NCBI RefSeq assembly: GCF_902652985.1
Contig: NC_047021.1
Span: forward strand, 16,678,001 to 16,742,000
Reading direction: 5' to 3'
Source of the DNA: Pecten maximus
Taxonomy: Eukaryota
Length of the DNA stretch: 64,000 nucleotides
This document shows positions 14,880-28,429 of this stretch, piece by piece (positions within the stretch are counted from its first letter, which is position 1; every line of letters begins with the position of its first letter). The notes under the pieces were generated by a model that worked only from the letters and a program-made list of their open reading frames with translations, searched no databases and was not told the origin of the DNA. The translations under genes were made by a program, and so were the position numbers.

Positions 14880-15340
14880 ATACATTTCACAAAGTCTAAG
14901 TACACGTTCATTTACTGTATCACATTAACTTGGAACCACATAGTTTTCTGATATTCATTGACGTACAAAAGTGTTACCATCTGTTTTCTGTACGATATTG
15001 GAGGAAGTGTTTAGAAGTTTCAGCAGACTGGTTACAAATACTTATGGGACTATCGTCCAAGTTACTAAAATGAATGATTATTAAGGGAACTACTGCTCAT
15101 CCTCAGTCGAGCGTGGTGAATTTGGCCGAATATACTTCTGCAGTAATAGGATGGAACTAACTGACTACAGTAAATGGTCTCAAGGGACTTCTTAAGGTGA
15201 AAAGCTGATGGATTTTGCTTAACGTCGTCAGGAAATACATTCCATAAATCAACCGAGGAGGGTAAACATGAATCTTTGTGAAGTTAAATTTAACTAGGAG
15301 GAGGATTAGATTGTTCAATATCACATCACGATATTCTAAC
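14880..15340 (-). mobile_element. Degenerate 3' fragment of a CR1/L2-type LINE
   Basis: Minus frame reads LHKDSCLPSSVDLWNVFPDDVKQNPS..KKSL, then FGQIHHARLRMSSSSL; typical post-RT C-terminus; frameshifted. Confidence 0.55.
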
Positions 15341-17479
15341 AAAGAAAGTAAATCAAATAGTGTGAAGTTTTTTTCCGAGCCTTTGTTTATAGTACTGTTG
15401 CTGTTCGGCCGTGCGTTTCCACAATCGGCATAGTCTACACTTGGTTAAGCTCGCCCATATCTCACAATATTGGTGTCAGAAGTAGCTCAGACCGGCCAGA
15501 TGACTACATGTAGAAAGTCAATGGGTGTCCCATTGGGTTTAGCTTTAGAACCTGGTGCTGTCTTGCGTGTGGTGTCGGTCTCTCAGTCTATTGTGACTCA
15601 ACGTTTAAGAGAACATTCCTTGATGGAGGAAAAGAGGAAGTTGTCTTGCAGTCGTTATTGATCATGACTCATGGCCAGACAGCAAGTGCATGCCCTCATA
15701 GTCCGAGTTTGACTTCATACGAAGGTCGGTTCTATGTGGCGCCCTCTTGCGTAGATCAGAGCAACCGCGATGCGCTGGGGTTGCTCCTATTTCATAGACT
15801 ACCCTTCAGTATGCCGGCTGGCGTGCTTGGGGCTCCGCCAGTAGTCCCAATCCAGAGGGACCGTGTGTCATTGAATCGAATGTCTTTTGCGTAGTATCTC
15901 TGTTTACCGTGGTGAAGGGATCGCTGAAGATACATCGGATGGATGGAGAGCAGGGTTTGCTCTATTGAATGAGGGTCGGTGTTCTGTCGGTCGTGCTCAT
16001 ATAGACTGGGACTGGTGTCGACTTCAAAAATGGCTATGTTGCAGTGTGTCCTTTTCCCCACCAGTGGCGGGTGCATCGTCGTTTGTTACGACTAACCCTG
16101 GGTACTTTGGAGACGGTTGGGCGCGTCCCTCACTCTGGGTTTGTATATCCCATGATGGCCTCGGACTTGTCGTTGGGGATGATGACCGTCTCTCGGAGAT
16201 GTTCGTTGTTATGGATGCTGCTGATCCGGGGGGGCAATACCCAAGCTGATGATCTCGGTTTACGAATCAAGGTCCTATGATGAATCGAGGAGAAACACTC
16301 CTGGTTGGCAATATTGTCAGATGGTCTGCATTCCTGCACAAGACATGTTATTGGTTGGATGGGTTCCCTGCCTGTTTCCCGTGGTAAGTGGATATATAGT
16401 TACCTGTCGGTTGAGTGCCGGTTAGTCAGGGACGCCATCCAATGCTGAGATGCCGTGCGTGACTAACAATCGGCGTAGTCTACACCTGGTCAAATTCGTA
16501 TTAGGACGTATTTGACGCACCTATACTTGTTTGATTAAGTGAAGACTATGCCGATTGTGGTCACGCACCGCCAAACATCAACTTCGGGACGAAGTGACAT
16601 AAACACTTCGTTTAGAGAATCAGCTCGCCACGTACGTATACAACAATTTGCTGAATATGATCAGCCATATTTCCATTGCAAGACTCCAAGGTGTTTGTGA
16701 CATATTATTTCTGTTAATGGGATGATGTCCATAGACAGAGGGAGTGCATTGGTTTGTCATTGTCACTTGCTAGGGCCCTGAAACAAATAGTGTTAAATTG
16801 GAGCACGCTTGACGATTCCTATTGAATTCATGAAATGCCCATTTGTACTGCTCACTAGTACTACTACATGTATTTGCGTTATGAGTATTGGCGTGTGCAT
16901 TGTCAGATCGTATGTCTAGTCTGTTCGCCCTAAACATAACTCAAAGTTTGACCACGTGTATATTTTTCCAAAAACGAATACGTACAAGTGTATGTCTAGT
17001 CTTACTAAGCATGTTCTTCTTAGTGTAAGTTGTTCTTTCGTTCATATATTGTTTTTTGCTTTATCGATATTGCTGTAGAATTGCTTATTACGTTACTGCT
17101 TTTATCTAGTGCTCTAGTCATGAATATATCAGGGTATGTTTAGGAAAAGAGTCATTCTAGAGATGAAATTAATCAGAAAATACTGGCGTATTAGGGTGTC
17201 ACTCACTAAATGGGCTGGGATAAAGGCTGGGATAAATCGGGCTATAAAGTGCCCCTTAACTCGGTCACGTTTACAAATGCACTGTTCTCAAACGACCTTA
17301 AAGCGTTGGGGAAGGCCGAACAGTCACCACCACCAAAACACTGCTATGACCATATGTTCCAAGGACATTTATAAAGTCAAAGTATCAAATTGATGTTTGA
17401 TTTTTAGCAAATATTGTAGTGAAACGCATCAATTTTTTCTGGTATTCCAATGGCGCAATATTACTGGTAATCTGGTGGC

Positions 17480-18190
17480 ACAGACTACCTGGTAGTGTAT
17501 TGGCGCAGTAAACCTGATAGTCTAGTGCCGCAGTATACCTTGTAGTCTAGTGCCGCAGTATACCTGATAGTCTAGTGCCGCAGTATTCTTGGTAGTCTAG
17601 TGCCGCTGTATTCTTGGTAGTCTGGTAGCGTAGTATCCCTGGTAGTCTAGTGCCGCAGTATACCTTGTAGTCTAGTGCCTCAGTACACCTGGTAGTCTAG
17701 TGCCGCAGTACACCTGGTAGTCTAGTGCCGCAGTATTCACGGTAGTCTAGTGCCGCAGTATTCATGTTAGTCTAGGGCCGCAGTATTCACGGTAGTCTAG
17801 TACCGCAGTATTCACGGTAGTCTGGTAGCGGAGTATACCTGATAGTCTAATGGCGCAGTATTCATGGTAGTCTAGTGCCGCAGTACACCTGGTAGTCTAG
17901 TACCGCAGTATACCTGGTAGTCTAGTGCCGCAGTATTCTTGGTCGTCTAGTGCCGCATTATACCTGGCAGTCTAGTGCCGCAGTTTTCTTGGTAGTCTGG
18001 TAGCGAAGTATACCTGGTAGTCTAGTGCCGCTGTATACCTGGTAGTCTAGTGCCGCAGTATACCTGATCGTCTTGTGGCGCAGTATACCTGGTAGTCTAA
18101 TGGCGCAGTATTCATGGTCGTCTAGTGTAGCCGTATATCTGATAGTCTGGTGGCATAGTTATGCTGGTAGTCTAGAGGGGCAGAATACCT
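17480..18190. repeat. 25-bp minisatellite
   Basis: Unit TACCTGGTAGTCTAGTGCCGCAGTA, ~27 units, degenerate at both ends. Confidence 0.92.
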
Positions 18191-19056
18191 GTCTTTGTCT
18201 TTGGCAACCAGTCTTCGATTACCTGATTGTAGGGGTAAAAAAGGGAGCTCATCTGTTCAATCACGAACGTTTTCTCAGAATTCAAGTGTCGTCGTACATA
18301 AAAACTACTGCAGAAAATATGTGATATTTATAATACATTTTGTGTCGCAATTACTATAAAATGGATCAAGTTTAAAGTGTTATTTTTCGAAAGAGAAAAA
18401 TATCGGAATTCTTTATAGCGAGTCGTTTTTTTTTACTGCGATCAAACACCAATAAACCATCAGATAAATCACCATCCGGTTACTATAAAATGAATTTTGT
18501 GCTGAACGATACAGCATTTTACATTTGTATAAGCATTGTCCAAACAATCTCGTCAAACATTCTATCAATTGTATAATATTATAGATATTGACGCCTCGCA
18601 ATCAATATCAACAATCTAAACCCGAATGACATCGATTATGAGCCAAAAAAAAAAAAAACGTATCAGTGGAATATGCTCCTGATAATAAAATATTAAAATA
18701 CTGAAGATGAAAACATCCCAAGGAGAGAGAAAACATACAAAAAAATGTACAACATTAATATTTGAATTGTGCTTAACGATTCGAATAACCTTTTGTTTGC
18801 ATTGTCTTTTGAGATCCTACTCCCTTTATGCGAAAACTCCATTTGAATATTTGCAAACACAAATTGGAACCATATTTAAATTTGCACAATTAATCTATTT
18901 ATTGCTCTAGTGACATCATAATCGTTCCCGTCGACAGCAAGAATTATGATAAAAACTTGCGATTGTCTAACTCCTCGGCGCTCTTTACAGAAGAGTAGAG
19001 AATATCAAAATAAACAACTATTAAACCAGGAATTACAATAAAACCTTGGAATCAAT

Positions 19057-19976
19057 TCATAAGAAAAATGTTTTCAACATCATGATCATTCTTGGCAGGT
19101 CGAGTAGAAGAATTCCTCCAAATGTCGTGGCCAGAAGCGCTATTCCAACGTATCCAACATAAGCAGAGGATGGGCGTGGGTCACTGGCACTTGTCCTCGC
19201 CCTAATCGTCGATGACAAATTCTCCTCGTCAACCTTGGTTTCTTTCTTCAGAGTATCCAATTTCAACTGTAGCTCCTCGGTGATGTTTACGACAGAGTAA
19301 AAAATTAGTCCATTTGCATCACAATCACAAGAACAGGTGTTGCTCTGAGTAGATACAAGCACGGCCGTAGTTGCTTCACCCGTAACGTTATCGCTTGACA
19401 CTTCTGAACCTGTACATGGATAAAAGAAAAATATGATTAATAAGTCTGTACATACCCTGATCCTTAACATCTAAGGATCATTAATGACATTACACGTTTA
19501 GATGAGATATAGAGATCTGTAGTCTGTGACAATATATGTCTAAAATTGCCTCCATCACGCTTTAACTTCCTGAATATGGAGTCTGAGATCCTTTATCTAA
19601 GGTTCGGTCAAGAATAATAGACACAAGTATTTCGCTGCTTTTTTTTTTTTTTTTTCTTTTTAATTTGTGTCTTCTGAAAGCAATGTTTTAGGCTGATGGA
19701 GATAGAATGGAATAGTATTTGTCTCTATGCGATGGAGGGTATGCAACTTAAATGACATGAATAAGAAAGCATCATCTCGAATCTACAAATTGTCTCGCTG
19801 AAAAAGTAAACATTGAAACTGTGTTGAATGGTTACCATGGAAAAGTCTTATCAAATTTATTTTTGTTATTTACCAAAGATTTCCGTCTATTTAAGGATAA
19901 AAATAATCTTACTTGTATGATGGCACATAGCAATACTCAGAATCTGCATCCCACAAAACAGCGTTTTCCACGTCAT
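19057..19976 (-). CDS. Gene B: lectin-less family member (signal peptide, short stalk, juxtamembrane module, TM; ~138 aa, 2 coding exons)
   Basis: Exon 19976-19913 MTWKTLFCGMQILSIAMCHHT with A|GTAAGA phase-1 donor (in-frame upstream ATG at 20015, acceptor TTATTTTAG at 20031). Exon 19409-19057 after CATGTACAG: SEVSSDNVT..CSCDC..EELQLKLDTLKKETKVDEENLSSTIRARTSASDPRPSS-TM. The join is in frame. Confidence 0.75.
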
Positions 19977-21139
19977 GATAAGCGCATGAATTATGTAATA
20001 TTCCAATATTTCCATGCAGTATATGTCAACCTAAAATAACCTGCCGTTAGAAGCTCACATCTAAACATTTATAATATGCTGCCTTGTCCGAGTAATCTAA
20101 TTCATAATATATACTTCTAGTTAATCTATATACTTATGTTGCTACAATGTTTGGCGTATTGTTCTGAGCCATAACCAATGTTTACTCAAGCTCCATCAGC
20201 TTTTAGCACTTCAAGGTTCCATTAAACTAATCTACTAAAACTATTCGCGATATCAGTTCTCTATTTACATATGACCTACCGATAGTGGGCAAATTATGTA
20301 CAAGCAGAGAACAAATAAATCACTTGGTTGTCAGCTTATTGAATACTGAAATTAAGAAAGAAGTCTGTAAAATATATTTCACGAGGCCTTCACAACATTC
20401 CATTCATGAAAATGCATAAAAGTAAGCAAAACAATCAAACGTCATTGTCGGCGATGTGAATAATTTTATTTTACAACAGAGTATGTGATTATACTTAGTG
20501 AGAATATCACAAATAGTAGCACTCTATTCATGAACATTCACCAAAGCTGATTGTTCACACAACAACACAAGACCACAATAACAACGGATGGCATACCAAT
20601 GGCATAACAATGTATATTCACGAATCGTATCTGACAACAATGTATTCGCATCCGACAACAAAATTCCTATAAGACAAGTTGTTTCTAACAGATAACACTT
20701 TATTCGTATCCGACACTAATTTATAATAGTATCAGAAATTTATGTTTTTATAGCAATGATTATTGCACCTGATTATATACAAATGGGTGCCTGAAGGCAT
20801 GTTGATAATTTACGTCTGGCAGTAATTAGCTCAATTAAATATATGAATGATCATTTGAGGAACAAATAGATATAAACAATGCGTACTTGTTCACATGCTT
20901 CAAATCAAGAAAGAAAATGGATACGTATTGTTAGTTTTCCATTTATAAATTAGAACATCGCTGCTTACCTACCATTCAGTATTCAATGGATTGTTCCCAT
21001 CAATACGATTTTCGTGGCAGCTATTGACTACTGACGGAGAAATTAACAACACAAATATTCGAGAGAGGAAAGTTGGCGAAGACAATGAGAAAGTGTTACG
21101 GTCTACATCAGTATCTCAATTAGAAATGTTATATTGCTT

Positions 21140-21247
21140 TATGCGATATAAAGTCGGGCGTGTCTGATGCTTGTTTATGCGATATGAAGTCGGGCGTGTC
21201 TGATGCTTGTTTAAGCGATATGAAGTCGGCCGTGTCTGATGCTTGTT
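21140..21247. repeat. 36-bp tandem repeat x3
   Basis: Unit GCGATATGAAGTCGGGCGTGTCTGATGCTTGTTTAT. Confidence 0.85.
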
Positions 21248-22575
21248 GTTATGTACAGTGGTTCCGAAGTCATCACCGTAGTTTCCACTTATTCTATCTT
21301 GTTCTCTCCTAGAGGTAACAATTAGTATATGAATAAATAAACATTAACATATAATATAATGGGATGTATTTCGAAAATTAAGCATAAAGCAAATACCGAA
21401 CAAACATAAAATACGTGTTTAAATATATGGACAATATCTGATAATTTTATTAAGATATATTATCTAAACTTACCCATAACTTACCCGAATTTGACCTTGA
21501 GACGTATGTTGTTGTCGATGAAGCAAAAGGCGCTTACTCTTCCGAAACACCTTGTCTTATTCTCCTTGTATATTTCCATGGGTATATACTACATCAAACA
21601 TTACTTTCATTGCGTGACAAACTTACCCTTCTTTATTTTAGGCTTGAAGCATGCTTTCCTCAGTACTTGGGTTATTATCTATATTGATTTGATTTCCTTG
21701 TGTGTTTTGTCAGTATGCTACTGAATTATTTGAGTGTTCCAAAACGATGACTATTTTAATTTGCTCAGTGTTCTACCGACATTTTAACATTATATTCTTA
21801 ACATTCTTTTTTTTTCTTGGTTTAAAAGTTCGATATTTAGATAAGTCTTCACGCACTAGATTCGAAACGAAACATAAGTATCCAGATTTTTATCATCCTT
21901 TTTATCTAGCTATGACAATAGATAAACGTAATATTGGTAAAACACATTGCCATTAATGAATTTGTTTGTTTTTAGGGGGTTTTGTTTTATTTATTTATTT
22001 ATTTATTTATCTTATATTTTATCCGTGCACTCTGGATGATCACTTTTTGCGTTCGTTATTTATTATTAATGGAATATAACTGTAGCTGGTTAGCAATCTC
22101 GAACACTTAATATTGGACGATATCTATCGACGTAAGCACAGGATGTTAACATTAGTGGAGTAGATATTGATTTGCTTTTTAATGGTTTCTATCAGTGTAT
22201 AAAATACCGAGCAAATTAACTTACTAATGTATTGAATTACCAATCATGAAAATGTATCGAATTCAAACAATATACATTTGTATATGAACAACTATAAAAT
22301 TCACGAAGTGTGAGTTTCAATTTTACTTTTGTTTCGACCTTCTGTTCCTTTACGCTGCCGAAAATTGATATTGATAATTGACTTCAGGTCATATTATAGA
22401 TACATACCATCAACATACAAAGCTTTATCGGGACATGTTTACTTAATTAAGTGCATCATCAATACGATACCACACCGTCGTAACGCCTGATAAATGATTT
22501 TATTAGCACCTCTCTTCTACAGACAACAACAGTTAAAATCTCAGTCTTTGTTGTTGTAGTTGTAGAAGCTTCACC

Positions 22576-25500
22576 ATGCTATGGAACTTTCTGACCAGTA
22601 TATTATTACTGGCGAATTACCCAGGTAAGATTATGGTCTTTGTATAGATTTCAACATCTTTTGTGTTTGTTGCAGTTGTTCTTATACTATATTACAGAGT
22701 AGAAAAAATATTTTCAAATGAATGTCAAAATAGCGTATAAATCACGGACATACTGAATTAGCAAAATTTTTAATCGTTGACAAATATGTCGTTATTGTGT
22801 ATAATTCGTATCCCTGTACGTATATACATTACAGTAAAGGTATTCATATCATCTAACAGACGATTTGTCACTATGAACAGTGTACCACTCGACCATTTCT
22901 CTACCAATGAAATGTTCGATAACAGAACGTGGATGTGGCGCAATGGTATCAGCTGCGGGTATTACTGGCTAGGCGAATAGGTGTCGAAGGTCGTGAGTTC
23001 GAGGCTGGGTCAGGGCACATGTCATAAAATTGTCTTCCTTCGTCAGTTGTGACTGTCAGTTGTGTCAATATGTGTCTTGGTTCGTAAACCAGATATATCT
23101 TTTATTTTCTAGCATACTGTATTTTCTCTTCAGGGGGATATTCACAATGTCAAAGCGGTGCCGAGTTGTACTACCTTTTCCCACACGGAGATATTTGTTA
23201 CTGGATACTGAGTTTATATTCGCCGAGAAATGCGGCAGACAGTGAAACTGGCTGTAGGAGTGAGAACGGAGAGCTAGCTTACATCCCCAACATATATGCT
23301 CTCATCACAGTGATGCAACTATTATTGAATAATAATGCGAACGTCAGGTTAGTGACACTTAGTCCATTTAAAAACTGTTGTACAATATATTTAAGGAGGA
23401 ACATCTGTCTGATGACATGTTGTATGATTTCCAGTCTTTATTATATCAATGCCAAGTGAAGCTTTCAACGTATCAATTACGCTATGGGGTAGGAAGCAAG
23501 TGCATGATATCTTTATTTAGACTTTTGTTTTAGTATTTCCTTACTTTGATATATGATTTGTTTCCTGATTTTAAACTGATGATTATATTGTGACAAAAAG
23601 GTAAGTATTCCATTTTTGTCAAAAATGATATAAAATATATAAAAACAGATTTCTAGATTCTTCATATGTTAGATAAAGACATTGAGAACTAGGCGTGTAG
23701 AAAAATAATTTGTACGCATGACAGATGACGTCTAGTGTGGCCGATAAAAACCGATCATATTTTTTTCAGAATATAAGTACTGTGTTGTCAGAGATTCGTT
23801 ACCAATTTAAACAAAGCTTTATTAAGGTAAACTTGTTAATATTAACAACTAATATACCGCCAAAGCATGTGACACATCTTTTTTAACATGGCTGTGATCG
23901 GAATTTTTTATAATTTTTTATAATGTTGAACGCAAGAACACAATTAGTTGATAGTGAATACACGTGTAGATTGAATAAATTTCTTTTCCATTTCCGCATT
24001 TTCAGCGGCTGGTATGCTTACTTGGGATATAGTCGGGTAACCTCTTCCACTACATTATTGGAAATACAAAACAGTGGCGTTTACCAAACGTGGATACCAT
24101 GGGACCAAGTGATGGGCCAACCATTACAAAGCAGCTTGGGATGTATAGCACTTCATGGCACCTCGGGGCTTTGGCATGACATGCACTGTGCTAATAACAT
24201 AAGGGCAATATGCTCAACGCCTTATCACACAGGTATGCCAGTAGTTTTTAAATAAGCTACATTTCAAATAAAAATGACATACATTTCAATCAGATTTTTT
24301 AAAATTAGTTATGTCATTGTGAAAAACTTAAACACACTGTCTTAGCTAGTAATTTCATTGTGAAACACTTTAACATACTGTCTTAACTAGTAATGCCATT
24401 GCGAAACACTTGAACACATTGTCGTAACAAGTTATATAATTGTGGAACACTTGGATACAATGTCTTAACTAGGTATGTCATTGTGAAACACTTGAACATA
24501 CTGTCTTAATTTTTATGTGACTTGGAGGTGAAACAATTTATTTAGCAGCCATCAACAAAACAATGAAGGGTAACAGGTAAAATTATTTGAAAGGACTATA
24601 AGCATTCCAGTTACGACAAGATACCAATTTTTAATCGATTCTATTAGTATATCATCTTGTTATTCTGTGATATTGTCGTATTGGATTCCATGTTCATTAT
24701 TATTACTACAGATACAACACAGGCCCCAACGATCACCTCTACAACGACACGGGTCCCAACAACAACCACTACAACCACCCAAGAACCGACAACCACTACA
24801 ACAACAACTCAGGAACCCATAACAACAACTACTACAACAACTCAGGAACCCACAACAACAACCACTACAACAACTCAGGAACCCACAACAACAACCACTA
24901 CAACAACTCAGGAACCCACAACAACAACCACTACAACAACTCAGGAACCCACAGCAACAACCACTACAACAACTCAGGAACCCACAACAACAACCACTAC
25001 AACAACTCAGGAACCCACAACAACCACTACAACAACTCAGGAACCCACAACAACCACTACAACAACTCAGGAATCCACAACTACTACATCAACAACTCAG
25101 GAACCGACAACCACTACAACAACAACTCGGGAACCGACGACCACTACAACAACTCAGGAACCCACAACCACTACAACTCAACCACCAACAACAACGGCAA
25201 CGACCAAGGAACCGAAAACAACAACGACGACGACTACTGATGTACCGACAACAACAACGACAACAACCGATGAACCCACCACAACTACAACTACAACGCA
25301 GGATCTAACAACCAGTAGAATAACCATTGAAGAATTATCTACATCGAGCCACACGGATTGCGTGTGCCCATGCGATCATAGTCCTCATACAGAGTTTTTC
25401 TCAACCGTTAATATGACTGAGGAGCTACAGGCGAAATTGGACAGTTTAAAGGAGGAAACAAAAGTTGATGAGGAGACTTTATCGTCAACTATCAGAAAGA

Positions 25501-25637
25501 GGACCAGTGCCCACGATCCCCGTCCGTCCTCGACCTATGTTGGATACTTGGGCATAGCACTTCTCTCCTTTATATTTGGTGGCCTGATCCTTGCAGATCT
25601 GTTAAGTGTGATCATCACCTTAAAACTCATTTTATAA
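22576..25637 (+). CDS. Gene C: type I membrane C-type lectin-mucin (~471 aa, 4 exons)
   Basis: Exons 22576-22624 (MLWNFLTSILLLANYP-G), 23134-23347 (ICYW..GC..NGELA), 24006-24232 (AYLGY, WDQVMGQPL, GCIAL..LWHDMHC..AIC), 24712-25637 (QEPT7-8 mucin, CVCPC, LSSTIRKRTSAHDPRPSS, TM). GT-AG introns, phases 1,2,1; 1416 nt open. Confidence 0.88.
22800..23050 (+). repeat. Dispersed repeat with tRNA-like A/B boxes (inverted copy at ~57960-58220)
   Basis: GTGGATGTGGCGCAATGGTAT..GTTCGA..CAGGGCAC..TTGTCTTC aligns with the reverse complement of 57960-58220. Confidence 0.65.
24310..24512. repeat. Degenerate ~41-42-bp tandem repeat in intron 3 of gene C
   Basis: About 5 copies of TCATTGTGAAACACTTGAACATACTGTCTTAACTAG. 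Confidence 0.75.
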
Positions 25638-28429
25638 AAGTATATCTTCGTCGGTTTGGATGCATATATACAAATAAGGTTGATCCACGTTGCAATGTGC
25701 ACGAGTGTCGTTACAACCGATATAGACACACTGTACCGATTACCAGTTACAGCATCTTTCCGACCCGTTTATCTACACAAGATCAGTAGCCTATTCGGCA
25801 CGGTGTGAATATATATACTCTATGTCGATGTTCCATCGAGCAATAATATATAGTTACCATTTCGTCACATAGACATACAGGTAAACATGATTTTCGCTCA
25901 CACTGTAAGTCAGAGCTTGAAAAGCAACGACACTCCTACATATTGTTACGTATCTATTTGTGTAAAGATAAACCTGGTTTATACATAAATAGACTTTTTC
26001 AAAAGGACAGATGTTAAGTAAAGATAAACCTTGTTTATACAAAAATATACTTTTTTTTCAAAAAGGCAGATGTTAGGTAAAATCTTAAAATTTTAATGCA
26101 GATTTATACCGAAACATTCCAATGCTGAATCTCAACGAGGAGTTTAGTCAGGAAAACAACATCTTTGAGAGAATATCATTAGAGATAACAACTATGTTAC
26201 CGTTAAATAACGTCAGATTGACTCAGTCCACATGGATTCATCATCGGCAAAAAAATGTCTAATCATTGTTTATCGGTGAAGTTGATCAAGAATGTTGAGT
26301 TACATGCTGCAAGTATTACAAAGTGTGGAAAAAACTAGCATAACTGCAGTAAAACAATGACTTTAATACCTGTTTATGAGGTAACGCTGGTCGGCTTATC
26401 TATATTTTTAAATTAGTTTTCAAGAAGGAAAAAACATCTATATTATTATTCATTTAAGCATTTAACTGCGTTCAGATTCGGGCTATAGGAATATGTACGT
26501 CCATTGTATGATTACAGAAAAAAAGCATGAACCACAAACTGGGAAGGGGTCCAGTTTAATACTGATGAACTTAAACATTTTCACACTTACTAAGTGCAAA
26601 AAAAATAATAACGAGTGGAAAATATTTAACAGACATCTCCAATAGCCCCGGGAATGATGAATTGACGGAACAGCTCGTAGTACATGCTCACTTTCCCGCC
26701 ACTTCACAAAACCCGTTGAAAAGAACTGGCATAAAAAGGATTTCAATCATGAATCTGTTCAAACATTTTCATTGTTTGTACTGTTCTTGTTTAAAGTGTT
26801 GTAAAACCACTTGGAATAATTGGCGTTATTAAAAATGTCATAGTTTATTACATCATGTTGTGGATGCATGTCTGCTAAATTTGAAAACTCAATAAGCGAT
26901 CGCAATGAATAAAAAAAACCGTCAGCGTCCTATTTTTACAGCTGACTTAAATTGGGTTACTTGATAACCCATATGCATATTGTTAGCCGACTTAACTACT
27001 TATAGGGGCATGAGTCATCTCCAGAGACATGTGTGTCCTGTCAGCTTGGTGACAATGCCTACATTATTTTAAACAATAGGCCTACTGAAACGATACTGCA
27101 CAATCCGACATTCAGAAGACCCATGGCGGACAGTGAGCGAATAAAGGTTGTTTTTTTTCAAATTATCAAGCAGGTTTGCTTGATTCTGTCCAAAAAGTGA
27201 TAATTGTCAAAACGGAACGTCATTGGACGTGCATGTTTGTTAACATTCAGATCCTGTTCGTATTCGTAATCATTTATGTTCATAATCCTATAAACCGAAA
27301 CACAGCTTACTAGGTTTACATTGTATATAGTGACACTGCAGCGCAATTGTAAATATTGCTTTCGAAAACTTGCTTTGGCATGGAGAATATAACAAAATGG
27401 TTTATGGAATATGCTGTTATATTTTTACCATAATTGAGTATCAAATAGCTTTATGTAATGTTGTTTATAACTTTGTGTTGATAGTGACTTTCTTAATTGT
27501 GAACGAATACAATAAAGGCACAGATTTAACAAAGACACTTTTGTCATTAGCTTTTTTTGTGATAGGACTAGCTGTCACAAGGTGTCGGACTATCAGCACT
27601 TCTCAGACAATGTAAACATAGTGATTCTTCACTGCACTGCAGAATTCCACAGTAGTGAAAATCGACAATTCTTTGCCGTAAACACATTTCTCAATGGCTT
27701 CCCTTTTGGGAATGGAGCAAGTTCTTCTTCAGACTTGTCAGTAATCACGTGTGGAATTACAAGATCGAGACAATACGTGTTATGCACACGTGTTGTCTAC
27801 CGACTGAAAGATTTACACGTGTGCATGATTTAACCGACACTGCATCGTGAGGCCTATTACGCATTGATATCTCAAACGCTATCAATCCAATCAGTTTTAG
27901 ATAATAATTGTATTTATATTAAAACTTGTTTTGTTTATTGGGTAATTTGATTTGGACCATGGACTTCACATTTGGCATTCCTAGGCCTAATACTACTAGT
28001 TGTACATGTACATGTATTGGGATTTTTGCATAAATTGTAGATGACAGGTATTTTCATGTTTTCGACATTAAAAGGCCGTAGGAATTTCAGTGTTAAAATA
28101 CTTGTAACTGAGTGTTTCTAGATCTAGAACTCGTCCGAATATTGCGCGTGTCCTCGGTCGATTTCTTTCAGGAACTTTTAAAGGTTCCCCTCAGACATTT
28201 TCGCTGACTGTGTGTAATAACGTTCAGAAACATGCGTTCGTCAACATCGCCTAGGCGCTTGTCATTCGCCCGGGCACTCGTATGACTTTCAATTGAATAA
28301 ATTATGCAAATGAGAGGTTTGGCGAGCGTCCATCGGCCAATCATAACACGTGTATTAATCACCATTGCATTTGTCTGGTGGCAGAGTCTACCGACAGGTG
28401 TGTGATCGTGTACACTTGGGCTTTAGTCG

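Noticed and set aside
19057-25637. Invertible switch letting gene C exons 1-3 use either of two opposed anchor exons
   Set aside because: No flanking inverted repeats found, and the minus-strand anchor exon has its own signal-peptide exon (gene B).
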